A stretch of DNA of 64,000 nucleotides from Gemmatimonadales bacterium (GCA_041613315.1 JBFJHJ010000002.1:26014-90013); one strand, 5' to 3'; counted from the stretch's first letter, positions 40,896 through 50,649 are shown. The notes: generated by a model not told the origin, from the letters alone. Numbers and translations are program-made.

Positions 40896-41003
40896 GCGAC
40901 GGCGGGCCGCCGGGAGCGGACGCGGGGCGGCCGACGGGGGACGCGATTGCGGTGTATATTCCGTTCCCTGCGACGGTTGTACCCCAGACGGAGTTCGGTC
41001 CCC

Positions 41004-42209
41004 ATGCAGACCCAGGGTCACGATACAGGCGTCGTCTTCCTCTCCGGTGTCCGCACCGGCTTCGGCAAGTTTGGCGGCACCCTCAGGGACTTCTCCGCCA
41101 CACAGCTCGGCGCGATGGCGGCGACGCACGCTCTCGAGCGGTCGGGCGTCGCGGCCAAGCAGGTGGACCACGTGGTGTTCGGCAACGCCCAACAGACGTC
41201 GGCGGACGCGATCTATCTGGCGCGCCACGTCGGTCTCCAGTCCGGGCTGCCGATCGAGGTCCCGGCCGTGACCGTGAACCGGCTCTGCGGCTCGGGGTTC
41301 GAGTCCATCACCCAGGGCGCTCAGCAGATCCTCCTCGGTGAGTCCGCGGTGGTCCTGGCGGGTGGCACCGAGTCCATGAGCCAGGCGCCTCACGTCGTGC
41401 GGGGTGCCCGCTGGGGGCTCCGGCTGGGACCGGCCGGCCAGCTCGAGGACAGCTTGTGGGAGGCGTTGACCGATCCGCAGTGCGGGTTCTCGATGGCCGA
41501 GACGGCGGAGAACTTGGCGGACAAGTACACGCTGACGCGCGAGGATGTGGACCGCTATGCGCTCGCCAGCCAGCAGCGCGCGAAGCAGGCGTGGGACGAG
41601 TGCGTATTCGAGCACGAAGTCATTCCGGTGCCGATCAAGGATCGGAAGACGAAACAGACCGTCGAGTGGCGGGCCGACGAGCACATGCGACCGGAGACCA
41701 CCCTCGAGGCGCTGCTGAAGCTGCCGCCGTACTTCAAAAAGGACGGATTCGTGACGGCCGGCAATGCGTCGGGGATCTGCGACGGCGCCGCCGCGACGGT
41801 CATTGCGAGCGAAGCGTTCGCGAACACGCACAAACGGGAGCCGCTGGGCCGGCTGGTAGCGTGGGCGGTGGCGGGGGTCGAGCCCAAGTACATGGGGATC
41901 GGGCCGGCGCCCGCAGCCCGCAAGGCGCTCGCCAAAGCCGGCCTCAAGCTCGCCGACATGGATCTCGTGGAAGTGAACGAGGCCTTCGCCCCACAGTACG
42001 TGGCGGTGGAGAAGGAGCTCGGCCTGGACCGGGAGCGGACCAACGTGCACGGCGGCGCCATCGCGATCGGGCATCCGCTGGCGGCCAGCGGCACCCGCAT
42101 CACGATCCACCTGCTGCACGCTCTCAGGCGCGCCAAGAAGCGGTACGGCCTGGGCTCGGCGTGCATCGGAGGCGGGCAGGGCGCCGCGGTGATTGTTGAA
42201 GCGTTCTAG
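41004..42209 (+). CDS. Acetyl-CoA C-acyltransferase (thiolase)
   Basis: NRLCGSG, EVNEAFA, GHPLAASG, ACIGGGQG. Confidence 0.95.
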   Translation: MQTQGHDTGVVFLSGVRTGFGKFGGTLRDFSATQLGAMAATHALERSGVAAKQVDHVVFGNAQQTSADAIYLARHVGLQSGLPIEVPAVTVNRLCGSGFESITQGAQQILLGESAVVLAGGTESMSQAPHVVRGARWGLRLGPAGQLEDSLWEALTDPQCGFSMAETAENLADKYTLTREDVDRYALASQQRAKQAWDECVFEHEVIPVPIKDRKTKQTVEWRADEHMRPETTLEALLKLPPYFKKDGFVTAGNASGICDGAAATVIASEAFANTHKREPLGRLVAWAVAGVEPKYMGIGPAPAARKALAKAGLKLADMDLVEVNEAFAPQYVAVEKELGLDRERTNVHGGAIAIGHPLAASGTRITIHLLHALRRAKKRYGLGSACIGGGQGAAVIVEAF

Positions 42210-42275
42210 AGAACCGCGGTCAGCCATCCGCGGTCAGCCGTCAGGACCGCGGATTCCAGATTGTGGATTGCGTAG

Positions 42276-43103
42276 ATGACCGACCTCGTCCCCCAGCGCG
42301 ACCGCATCGACCGGCGTACCCTCGAGCGGATCATCCACCGGGCTGCTGAGCTACAGACCGGGGAGCGGGAGATCGGCGAGGGGCTGACCGAAGCCGAGCT
42401 GATGCAGCTGGGCGACGACGTTGGGATTCCGACGCAGTATCTGCGGCAGGCGCTCATGGAGGAGCGCACGCGAAGCCTGGCGCTGGCCGAACGGGGCGCC
42501 GCCGCCTGGCTCGCGGGCCCGCGCTGGGTGGCCGCCTCGCGCACCATCGCGGGAACGCCCAGCCGATTGGAAGCCGCTCTCCATCTTTGGATGAAGGACG
42601 GCGAGCTGCTTCAGGTGAAGCGGCGCCATCCGGACCGGACCGTCTGGGAGGCGCAGCAGGGCGCGTTCGCCTCGATCAAGCGCGGGCTCGGCGTCGGCGG
42701 ACGGCGCTACCTCCTGGCGGAGGCGCGGGACGTGGCGGGCTATGTGATCCCGGTGGACGAGCACCGCACCCACATCCGTCTGGCGGCGGACCTCGCGAAC
42801 AACCGCCGAGACTATCTCGCCGGTGCCGCCGTCACAGCCGCCCTCGGTACGGTGGCCACCGGGGCCGGCGTGCTCATGGGGGTGCTGCTGCCTGTCGCCG
42901 TCCTACCGGCCGCGCTCGCGCTGCCTCTGGCGTTCGCCATCGCCCGCGGGCGGACCGGCAGGTTGGAGCGGTACCATGTGGCCCTCGAGCAGGTGCTCGA
43001 CCGGTTGGAGCACGGGGAGATTCGCGTGCCGGCACGCCCCGGCCAACGGCCCGTCGGCATCGCACGGATCGCCGAGGAGATTCGGAAGAATCTGGAAGTG
43101 TGA
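42276..43103 (+). CDS. Hypothetical membrane protein (2 C-terminal TM helices)
   Basis: Long ORF with host-like codon usage inside an operon; IIHRAAELQ...ELMQLGDDVGIP N-terminal domain. Confidence 0.65.
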   Translation: MTDLVPQRDRIDRRTLERIIHRAAELQTGEREIGEGLTEAELMQLGDDVGIPTQYLRQALMEERTRSLALAERGAAAWLAGPRWVAASRTIAGTPSRLEAALHLWMKDGELLQVKRRHPDRTVWEAQQGAFASIKRGLGVGGRRYLLAEARDVAGYVIPVDEHRTHIRLAADLANNRRDYLAGAAVTAALGTVATGAGVLMGVLLPVAVLPAALALPLAFAIARGRTGRLERYHVALEQVLDRLEHGEIRVPARPGQRPVGIARIAEEIRKNLEV

Positions 43104-43108
43104 GAAGC

Positions 43109-43229
43109 GTGAACGGTGAACGGTGAATGGTGAAGGGCTGCGCGCCGAGGCGTGATTCCCAAGCGGCCCTTCGCCATCCGTCGCTCACCGTTCATGTTTC
43201 ACCGTTCACTGTTCACCATTCACCATCCT
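43109..43229. repeat. Inverted tandem heptamer repeats forming a long hairpin
   Basis: (GTGAAYG)x4 at 43109-43136, a short GC stem-loop core, then about 9 degenerate CCRTTCA units at 43167-43229. Confidence 0.8.
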
Positions 43230-43238
43230 GTCGCGGAC

Positions 43239-44126
43239 ATGACTGAAATCAAGAAGGTGGGCGTCCTGGGATGTGGCCTCATGGGAAGCGGCATCGCGCA
43301 GGTCGCGGCCCAGGCGGGGTACGCCACCGTCGTGCGCGAGATCTCCGACGAGCTGAACCAGCGCGGCCTGGGGGGGATCACCAAGTCGCTCGACAAGTTC
43401 GTGGAGAAGGGGAAGCTCGCGAAGAACGACCGGGACGCCACCCTCGCGCGCTTGACCTTCACCACGAAAGTGGCCGAGCTCGAGCGGTGTGACGTAATCA
43501 TCGAGGCGGTCACCGAGGACCTGGACGTCAAGAACGCCTTGTGGAAGGAGCTGGACCCACTCTGTCCCCAGCACACCATCTTCGCCTCCAACACGTCGAG
43601 CCTCACGATTGCGGCGATGGCCGCCGCGACGACGCGCTCCGACCGCTTCGTCGGCTTGCACTTCTTCAACCCGGTCCCGCTGATGAAGCTGGTGGAGGTG
43701 GTCCGCACCGTCACCACCAGCCCGGCCACCTTCGATCGGGCCATGGCGTTCGCGACGTCGCTCAAGAAGGAACCGATCGCGGCGAAGGATAACTCGGGCT
43801 TCGTGGTGAACCTGTTGCTCGTCCCGTATCTGCTGGACGCCATCCGGGCGGTGGAGCACGGCGTGGCCTCCGTGCCGGACATCGACAAGGGGATGACCCT
43901 CGGGACCGGGCACCCCATGGGCCCGCTCACCCTTCTCGACTTCGTCGGCATCGACACGACCTACCGGATTGCCGAGATCATGTTCCAGGAGTACCGTGAG
44001 ACACGCTACGCCCCGCCACCGCTTCTCAGGCGTATGTTCCTCGCGGGACTGCACGGGCGGAAGTCGGGGAAGGGCTTCTACGACTATTCCACCAACCCTC
44101 CATCGGTCACGGACCTGGGGCTCTGA
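43239..44126 (+). CDS. hbd: 3-hydroxybutyryl-CoA dehydrogenase
   Basis: GCGLMGSGIA, EAVTE, ASNTSS, HFFNP, PMGPL..LDFVG, GRKSGKGFY. Confidence 0.92.
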   Translation: MTEIKKVGVLGCGLMGSGIAQVAAQAGYATVVREISDELNQRGLGGITKSLDKFVEKGKLAKNDRDATLARLTFTTKVAELERCDVIIEAVTEDLDVKNALWKELDPLCPQHTIFASNTSSLTIAAMAAATTRSDRFVGLHFFNPVPLMKLVEVVRTVTTSPATFDRAMAFATSLKKEPIAAKDNSGFVVNLLLVPYLLDAIRAVEHGVASVPDIDKGMTLGTGHPMGPLTLLDFVGIDTTYRIAEIMFQEYRETRYAPPPLLRRMFLAGLHGRKSGKGFYDYSTNPPSVTDLGL

Positions 44127-44128
44127 CC

Positions 44129-44722
44129 ATGTTCTTTCCGGAAACCGCAGCGCAGTGGCATGCCGCCTTGAACGATTTTCCGTCCATCCTGTTTCTCATC
44201 GCGCTGGCGTTCGACCTTGCCGGCGAGGTCACCAAGCGTGACTCCCTTCGCGCCGCCGGGTTCTGGACGCTGGTCGTCGGAGCGGCGGGCGCGCTGATCG
44301 CGCTGACCTCCGGCCTCATCGCCGAAGACGCCGTCGAGCACGGCGGCAGCATGCACCTCCTCATGGAGCGCCACGAGACCCTCGCGATCTCGGTGACCGT
44401 CCTGTTCGTCGGGTTGGCCGCGTGGCGCATCTGGCGCAAGGGACAGCTAGGCCCCAAGGAGCGGCCCACGTATCTGACGATCTCGGCAGTGGGCGTGCTG
44501 GCGGTGCTGTGGACGGCCCACCTGGGCGGCACGATCGTGTACGAGTACGGCGGCGGCGTCCCGACCCGCGCGCTCGAAGGCGCGCTCCGGGACCGGGCCG
44601 CAGGTCATGTACACGAACCCGGCGAGGAGCACGATCAGGAGGCCCCGGCAGCCGGCGATACCAGCGCGCAGGCGAGTGACCACGCGCACCCGCAAGGGAC
44701 GCCCCAGCACGAGCACGAGTGA
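44129..44722 (+). CDS. DUF2231-like membrane protein with His-rich tail
   Basis: 4 TM helices; HAALNDFP, TAHLGGTIVY; C-terminal HVHE...HAH...HEHE. Confidence 0.72.
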   Translation: MFFPETAAQWHAALNDFPSILFLIALAFDLAGEVTKRDSLRAAGFWTLVVGAAGALIALTSGLIAEDAVEHGGSMHLLMERHETLAISVTVLFVGLAAWRIWRKGQLGPKERPTYLTISAVGVLAVLWTAHLGGTIVYEYGGGVPTRALEGALRDRAAGHVHEPGEEHDQEAPAAGDTSAQASDHAHPQGTPQHEHE

Positions 44723-44759
44723 CGGGCGGCGAGCCGCCCGCGCCGCTCTGCTCCCGGCC

Positions 44760-45197
44760 ATGATAGCGGCGGTCGCGGCGTGCGGTGGGGCGAACGTGCG
44801 CCCGACATTCGGCCCGCTCCCGGACGCGGCGGTAGATACCGTGCGCGCCGCGCCGGCCACCCTCATCGGACGGTTGGAGGGCCTGGTCACGGCGCAGGGC
44901 CTGCGCATCGCGCGCGCGAGCGCCGCGGAGGGGTATCTCGAGACGGGTTGGTACGACGTCGCCGCCGCGCGGCCCGGCGGCCGCTACACGTTACATCCCA
45001 CCCGCATCATCCGCCTTCGGTTCTTCGTCGACGACGCCGGTGGCGGTAACGCCCGGCTCGTGTCGGAAGCCGTGTACCGCATCACCGTGGACCCCTCCCT
45101 CCCCGTGCGTGACGCGGAGGTCATCGTCCCCCCGGATCACCCGGGCGCGGCCATTCTGCGGGCGATCCGGGACGGGATCTCCCGCCGAGTGCCCTAG
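44760..45197 (+). CDS. Hypothetical lipoprotein
   Basis: VAAC lipobox; EGYLETGWYD. Start uncertain. Confidence 0.55.
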   Translation: MIAAVAACGGANVRPTFGPLPDAAVDTVRAAPATLIGRLEGLVTAQGLRIARASAAEGYLETGWYDVAAARPGGRYTLHPTRIIRLRFFVDDAGGGNARLVSEAVYRITVDPSLPVRDAEVIVPPDHPGAAILRAIRDGISRRVP

Positions 45198-45199
45198 AC

Positions 45200-45561
45200 A
45201 TGCGGCTGCTCGTGTTGCTCGCCGCGGGCACCCTCGCCCGCTACGCCTTGGGAGGGTGGATCCAGCCGGCGGGATCGACGTTCCCCTTGGGGCCGCTGGG
45301 GGTGAACTGCTGGGCGGCTTCGCGCTCGGGTTCCTGATGCGGTTCCTGCTCGGCGCGAACGTCGCGTCGCCCGACCTGCGAGCCGCCCTCACGATCGGGT
45401 TTTGCGGAGCCTTCACCACGATGAGTACGTTCTCCTACGAGACGGTCGCCCTGCTGCAGGACGGCGAACACCTGCGGGTCGCCGGCTACGTCTTCGGCAC
45501 CTTGCTGGGCGGCGTCGCCGCCGTACTCGGCGGCATGGCGCTCGGCGGCCGCCTGCTCTAG
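45200..45561 (+). pseudogene. crcB: Frameshifted fluoride channel CrcB/FluC
   Basis: Frame 1 reads AGTLARY...FPLGPLGVN then stops at 45337. The -1 frame continues LLGGF...IGFCGAFTTMSTFSYE. One nt appears to be missing at about 45307. Confidence 0.8.
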
Positions 45562-45575
45562 CCGAGAGGTCGCTC

Positions 45576-45782
45576 ATGACCCAGCGCTTCACCGGAGAGC
45601 GTACGCTGATGCGCATTGTTGTCGGAGAGAACGACCGCCACCACGGCAGGCCTCTCTACGAGGCGCTGCTCCACCTCCGCGCGCTTCTCCCCGACCTCGA
45701 CGCGATGATCGGCGGAGGGCTCATCACGCTGGAGCGGGCCGAAGTCATCAGGTATCGGCCCGGCAACGCCGCCGAGCGGTGA
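45576..45782 (+). pseudogene. DUF190 protein with internal in-frame deletion
   Basis: Only 68 aa: LMRIVVGENDRHHGRPLYEAL joined directly to LPDLDAMIGGGLITLERA. The central GATV.RG..GFG...DLP segment is absent. Confidence 0.7.
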
Positions 45783-46846
45783 CGGGCACCCAGTGGACGG
45801 CACCCCCGGCCGGCGCCGACGACCGGGCATACTGCGTGGCGATGCTCCCCAAGGTCTCCCGGACGTTCGCCCTCTGTATCCGACTGCTCCCCCGCCGCCT
45901 CGAGCACCCGGTCCTGGTCGCGTACCTGCTGTGCCGCGTCGCAGACACGATCGAAGACGCGACGCAACTCGACCCGGCGGCGAAGGCACGGTTGCTTGAC
46001 GCTTTCGGGCGGTGTCTCGACGAGCACGCGTCCGACCCCGACGGGATCGCGGGCGCGTTCACCGCCCCCGCCTCCGACGAGGAACGCCTCGCACACAATG
46101 CCACAGCGGTGCTTCGGGAGTACCGCCGCCTCGGGGAGGCGCAACAAGCGGCCATCCGGCCCTGGGTCCAGGAGATGTGCCACGGCATGGCCGAGTTTCA
46201 GCGGGCGAGCGCCGGCGCGGATAGGCTCGAGGCGCTCGCTACCGTGGACGACCTCGACCGTTACTGCTATTTCGTGGCCGGAACCGTGGGCCACCTCCTC
46301 ACCGACCTGTTTCGGCTTCATCACGCCGGCGTCGGCCCCCGTCGGTACGGGCGGCTCGTCCGTCTCGCCACGAGTTTCGGGCGCGGGCTTCAACTCACCA
46401 ACATCATCAAGGACGTGTCCGACGACCGCCGCCGCGGCTGGAGCTTCGTCCCGAGGCAGCTCTGCGAGCTCGTAGGCATCCGGCCCGAGGATCTCCACAG
46501 TGACGCGCACCGTGACGCCGCGCACCGGGTGATGCTGGCGCTGATCGACAAAGCGAAGGGCCACCTCGTGGATGCCCTCGAGTACAGCACCACGCTCCCC
46601 CGCCGCGCGTACGGGATCCGGCTGTTCTGCCTCACCTCGCTCTACTTCGCCGTGCGCACGCTGCGACTCGCGGAGCGGGACGCCCGCCTGCTGGATCCGG
46701 CGCACAAGGTCAAGATCTCCCGGGGCGACGTGCGCCGCACGCTGGTGGCGACGCGGATCGTGGCGCCGAGCAACGCGCTCGTTCGGGGATACTTCAGGGC
46801 CTTGGCCGGCGCGGGCTGGCACCGGACCGCTCGCGCCCCGTCCTGA
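45779..46846 (+). CDS. Squalene/phytoene synthase family
   Basis: [39 protein letters not shown]. Confidence 0.9.
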   Translation: MTGTQWTAPPAGADDRAYCVAMLPKVSRTFALCIRLLPRRLEHPVLVAYLLCRVADTIEDATQLDPAAKARLLDAFGRCLDEHASDPDGIAGAFTAPASDEERLAHNATAVLREYRRLGEAQQAAIRPWVQEMCHGMAEFQRASAGADRLEALATVDDLDRYCYFVAGTVGHLLTDLFRLHHAGVGPRRYGRLVRLATSFGRGLQLTNIIKDVSDDRRRGWSFVPRQLCELVGIRPEDLHSDAHRDAAHRVMLALIDKAKGHLVDALEYSTTLPRRAYGIRLFCLTSLYFAVRTLRLAERDARLLDPAHKVKISRGDVRRTLVATRIVAPSNALVRGYFRALAGAGWHRTARAPS

Positions 46847-47132
46847 GCGCTCACGCCGCCGGGCGCAAAGGTCCGGGGGGGTCGGCGGTCATGCCCCGGG
46901 ACGCCGCGAGTGGGCGGCCGTGCCGCGGAGTTGCCGCGCGCCTGAGGTCGGGCATAATAAGGTATGGGCCGCACCCACTCCCCAACCGCCACCGGCGGAC
47001 GGCTGCAGGGCACCCACGGGTCTCGGAGCGCCGGCTGCGGAATCCCGACCGACACCGGGCGGGCCGCGGCGATCCCGCGGGCCGGGTCCGCCGGCGACGG
47101 CGTCCATCCCCTTTTCCGACTATCCTGATTCC

Positions 47133-47927
47133 ATGCGCCAGTACCTCGACTTCCTGCGACACATTCTCGACCACGGCCGGCCGAAGTCCGACCGGACCGG
47201 GACGGGGACCGTCAGCGCGTTCGGCTACCAGATGCGGTTCGACCTGGCGGAGGGGTTTCCCCTCCTGACGACGAAGAAGATCCATCTCAAGTCCGTCATC
47301 TACGAGCTGCTGTGGTTCCTCCGGGGGGACACCAACGTCCGATTCCTGCAGGAGCACGGGGTGAGGATCTGGGACGAGTGGGCGGGGTCGGACGGCGAGC
47401 TGGGGCCGATCTACGGCTACCAGTGGCGGTCTTGGCCCGCACCTGACGGACGGCACATCGACCAGCTCGGTGAGGTGGTGCGGCGGATCCGGGAGGAGCC
47501 CGACTCGCGCCGCCTGATCGTGAGCGCCTGGAACGTGGCCGACCTCCCGCGGATGGCGCTCCCGCCGTGCCACATCCTCTTCCAGTTCTACGTGGCCGAC
47601 GGGAGACTCTCGTGCCAGATGTACCAGCGGAGCGCCGACGCCTTCCTCGGAGTGCCCTTCAACGTCGCGTCCTATGCGCTCCTCACCATGATGGTGGCGA
47701 AGGTCACCGACCTCCAGCCCGGCGAGTTGATCCTCAGCCTCGGGGACGTTCATCTCTATAGCAACCATCTCGAGCAGGCGGAGCTGCAGCTCACTCGAGA
47801 GCCGCGACCGCTGCCGACGATGCGCCTCCGCCCGGACGTCCGGTCGCTCTTCGACTTCGCCTACGAGCACTTCACGCTCGAGGGGTACGCGCCACACCCC
47901 CACATCCCGGCGCGGGTGGCGGTCTGA
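47133..47927 (+). CDS. thyA: Thymidylate synthase
   Basis: [41 protein letters not shown]. Confidence 0.97.
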   Translation: MRQYLDFLRHILDHGRPKSDRTGTGTVSAFGYQMRFDLAEGFPLLTTKKIHLKSVIYELLWFLRGDTNVRFLQEHGVRIWDEWAGSDGELGPIYGYQWRSWPAPDGRHIDQLGEVVRRIREEPDSRRLIVSAWNVADLPRMALPPCHILFQFYVADGRLSCQMYQRSADAFLGVPFNVASYALLTMMVAKVTDLQPGELILSLGDVHLYSNHLEQAELQLTREPRPLPTMRLRPDVRSLFDFAYEHFTLEGYAPHPHIPARVAV

Positions 47928-48424
47928 TCGTCTCTCTCATCGCCGCGATGGCGGAGAACCGAGTGATCGGTGGAGACAACGCCGTACCGTGGCACCTCCC
48001 GGCCGACCTCAGGCACTTCAAGACCCTGACGACCGGCCATCCCCTGATCATGGGCCGACGGACGTTCGAGTCGGTCGGGCGGCCGCTCCCCGACCGGCGG
48101 ACGATCGTCCTCACGCGTGACCCGGGGTTCCGACCGGCGGGCGTCGAGGTGGCACGCGACCTCGACGACGCGCTCGCCCGTGCTGGCGACGCCGAGGAGG
48201 TCTTCGTCGCCGGCGGCGCCGAGGTCTATCGCTCAGCCCTGCCGCGAGCCGACCGGCTCTACCTCACCGTCGTCCACGCGGTCGTCCCCGGCGACACGGT
48301 GTTCCCCGAACTGGATCTCTCCGACTGGCACCTCGACCGTGAGGAGCATCACAAAGCCGACGAGCGCCACGTTCACCCCTTCACCATCCGGTTCTACTCC
48401 CGCCGAGGTCGACCGCGCGCGTGA
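47924..48424 (+). CDS. folA: Dihydrofolate reductase (probable CTG start)
   Basis: (L)[46 protein letters not shown]. Confidence 0.93.
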   Translation: MIVSLIAAMAENRVIGGDNAVPWHLPADLRHFKTLTTGHPLIMGRRTFESVGRPLPDRRTIVLTRDPGFRPAGVEVARDLDDALARAGDAEEVFVAGGAEVYRSALPRADRLYLTVVHAVVPGDTVFPELDLSDWHLDREEHHKADERHVHPFTIRFYSRRGRPRA

Positions 48425-48454
48425 TCGGGCGCACCGCCCGCGATCGGATCCGCG

Positions 48455-48503
48455 AAAAAAAGCGAAAAAACCTATTGCATATCTACTCGCCGTTCCTTAT
48501 CGT
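48455..48503 (+). promoter_or_regulatory. Putative sigma-70 promoter with phased A-tract UP element
   Basis: A7 and A6 tracts about 10 bp apart, then TTGCAT - 17 bp - TATCGT, upstream of the ATP-grasp/KamA operon. Confidence 0.6.
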
Positions 48504-48535
48504 GTTGCGCAACGACAACTCCAATCGGAGTTCCA

Positions 48536-49627
48536 TTGCGCATAGGACTCGCGTTCAATCAACGACCGGACAGCGCCGCCATGGCAAGCGGCGTCGACGG
48601 CAGCGCACCCCCACGATCGTTCCATGCGGTCGACGCCTTCGTTGAATGGGACGAGCCCGAGACGATCGACGCCGTCGCGGACGCGCTACAGCCCCTCGGC
48701 GAGGTGGTGCGCCTGGAGGCGGTGGAGGGCTTCCCCGCCCGCCTGTGGGACGAGCAGGTGGACTTCCTCTTCAACATGGCGGAGGGACTACGCGGGCCGA
48801 ATCGTGAGGCTCACGTCCCCGCCATCGCCGAGTTCCTCGGCGTCCCCTACCTCGGCAGCGATCCGCTCACCCTGGCGCTCGCGCTCCACAAGGCCCGCGC
48901 CAAAGACGTATGGACCGCCCGCCGGGTGCCGACGGCGCCGTTCTTGGTCGTCGAGTCCGACGCCGACCTCAGCGCGCTCGAGGCCTCGCGGCACTACCCC
49001 CTGTTTCTCAAACCCATGTGGGAGGGATCATCGAAGGGGATCTCGGAGGCGAGTTACGCGGAGACCCCGGCGGAGGCTGTCGCCCGTGCTCGGGAGTTGC
49101 GGGAGGCCTACCAGGAACCGGTGCTCGCGGAGGCGTTCCTCCCCGGCGACGAGTTCACCATTGCGGTCCTCGGTAATCGGGGCGAGGCCCGGTGCCTGCC
49201 CATCATCCGGTACCGGTTCAGCGAGCTCCCGTCGGGTGCCCTGCCGATCATGGGCTACGAGGCGAAGTGGTTCTGGGATCGACCGGAGACGCCCATGGAT
49301 ATCCTCGAGTGTCCCGCCGCGGTCCCCAGTCGGCTCGCCGCGCGACTTCGCTGGACGGCGCTCGCCGCCTATCACACGTTGGGCTGCCGCGACTGGGCGC
49401 GGGTCGATCTGCGGCTCGATGCCGACGGCCGCCCGCACGTGATCGAGGTCAATCCGCTCCCCGGCCTCATCCCCGATCCCGCCGCCCACAGTTGCTTCCC
49501 GCGTGCGGCCGCCGAGGCCGGCATGACGTACGCGGACCTGATTCAGCAGGCGACGCGCATCGCGTGGCGCCGGCTCACCGGCCACGACCTGCCGCAGGTG
49601 CCGCCGCTGGTGGAGGCCGTGTCGTGA
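48536..49627 (+). CDS. D-Ala-D-Ala-ligase-like ATP-grasp enzyme (paralogue 1)
   Basis: FNMAEG, LKPMWEGSSKGI, EAFLPGDEF, ARVDLR, EVNPLPGL. Lacks the Ddl GGxSxE motif. TTG start. Confidence 0.88.
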   Translation: MRIGLAFNQRPDSAAMASGVDGSAPPRSFHAVDAFVEWDEPETIDAVADALQPLGEVVRLEAVEGFPARLWDEQVDFLFNMAEGLRGPNREAHVPAIAEFLGVPYLGSDPLTLALALHKARAKDVWTARRVPTAPFLVVESDADLSALEASRHYPLFLKPMWEGSSKGISEASYAETPAEAVARARELREAYQEPVLAEAFLPGDEFTIAVLGNRGEARCLPIIRYRFSELPSGALPIMGYEAKWFWDRPETPMDILECPAAVPSRLAARLRWTALAAYHTLGCRDWARVDLRLDADGRPHVIEVNPLPGLIPDPAAHSCFPRAAAEAGMTYADLIQQATRIAWRRLTGHDLPQVPPLVEAVS

Positions 49628-50649
49628 AGATCGCGGTCCTCTATGACGGCGGCGCGGCGGACTGGAGTCCGCAGGACATCCAGTCCGTGCTGGAGCCGGT
49701 GGCCACCGTGAGCCGCGCGCTCCGGTCGGCCGGCCACCGGGTCGTGGCCGTCCCCGTGCAGCCGGGGCTCACGTGGTTCGATGCGGTCCGCCGGTGTGAT
49801 CTGGTGTTCAATCTCTGCGAGGGTGTGGGCGGCATCAGCCACCTGGAGTACAAGGTCGCGTCCGTTCTCGATCTGGCCGGCATCCGGTACACCGGGGGGT
49901 CGGCGTGGACCATGACGGTCTGTCACCGGAAGCCGTTGCTCAACGCGGTGCTCGCGGCGGAGGCGCTCCCGGTACCGGAGTGGGTGGTGCCCAACGGCGA
50001 CGTGCCCGATCCCGTGCCGTTGCCCGCCCTGGTGAAGCCGGCGGCGGAAGACGCCAGCGTCGGGGTGGATCAAGGATCGGTCGTCACGACCCGAGCAGAG
50101 TTGGAGGCGCGGGTCGCGAAGGCCACGCGGCAGTTCGGCGAGGTCATCGTGCAGCGCTACGTCGCGGGACGGGAGTTCGCCGTCGCGTTCGTCGGCGACG
50201 AGACGTTGCCCCTCTCGGAGATCGACTTCAGTCGGATGCCGGGAGGCGCGTGGCCTATACTCTCGTTCGACGCCAAGTGGAAGCCCGGAAGCCCCGAGGA
50301 TCGCGGCACGCGGCCCGTGTGTCCCGCGCGCGTGGACGACGCCCTCGCAGCGCGGCTCGTCGCGACGGCCCGGGCCGCCTGGCGCGCCGTCCGAGGGTAC
50401 GGCTATGGGCGGGTGGACTTTCGGGTGGACGCCGACGGCCGCCCGTGGGTGCTCGAGGTGAACCCCAACCCCGATATCTCGACCGATGCCGGGTTGGCGA
50501 ACATGGCACGCGCCGCGGGATGGACCTACGACGAGCTGGTACTCCGCATCCTCGGTGCCGCCATGGGGACCCCGGACGACCTGCCACCGTTCCGGTCGGC
50601 GGAGCTCGCGTGGTCTGCAGCCGGCGCCGGCGCCGAGGAGCCCGTGTGA
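49624..50649 (+). CDS. D-Ala-D-Ala-ligase-like ATP-grasp enzyme (paralogue 2)
   Basis: FNLCEG, VKPAAEDASVGV, GREF, GRVDFR, EVNPNPDI. GTG overlaps the previous stop. Confidence 0.88.
   Translation: MKIAVLYDGGAADWSPQDIQSVLEPVATVSRALRSAGHRVVAVPVQPGLTWFDAVRRCDLVFNLCEGVGGISHLEYKVASVLDLAGIRYTGGSAWTMTVCHRKPLLNAVLAAEALPVPEWVVPNGDVPDPVPLPALVKPAAEDASVGVDQGSVVTTRAELEARVAKATRQFGEVIVQRYVAGREFAVAFVGDETLPLSEIDFSRMPGGAWPILSFDAKWKPGSPEDRGTRPVCPARVDDALAARLVATARAAWRAVRGYGYGRVDFRVDADGRPWVLEVNPNPDISTDAGLANMARAAGWTYDELVLRILGAAMGTPDDLPPFRSAELAWSAAGAGAEEPV

Noticed and set aside
43109-43229. Possible CRISPR array
   Set aside because: The units are 7-nt tandem repeats with no unique spacers, and there are no cas genes.
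48536-50649. Ligases as housekeeping ddl or a van resistance cluster
   Set aside because: They lack the GGxSxE motif, and there is no mur/fts or vanHX context.
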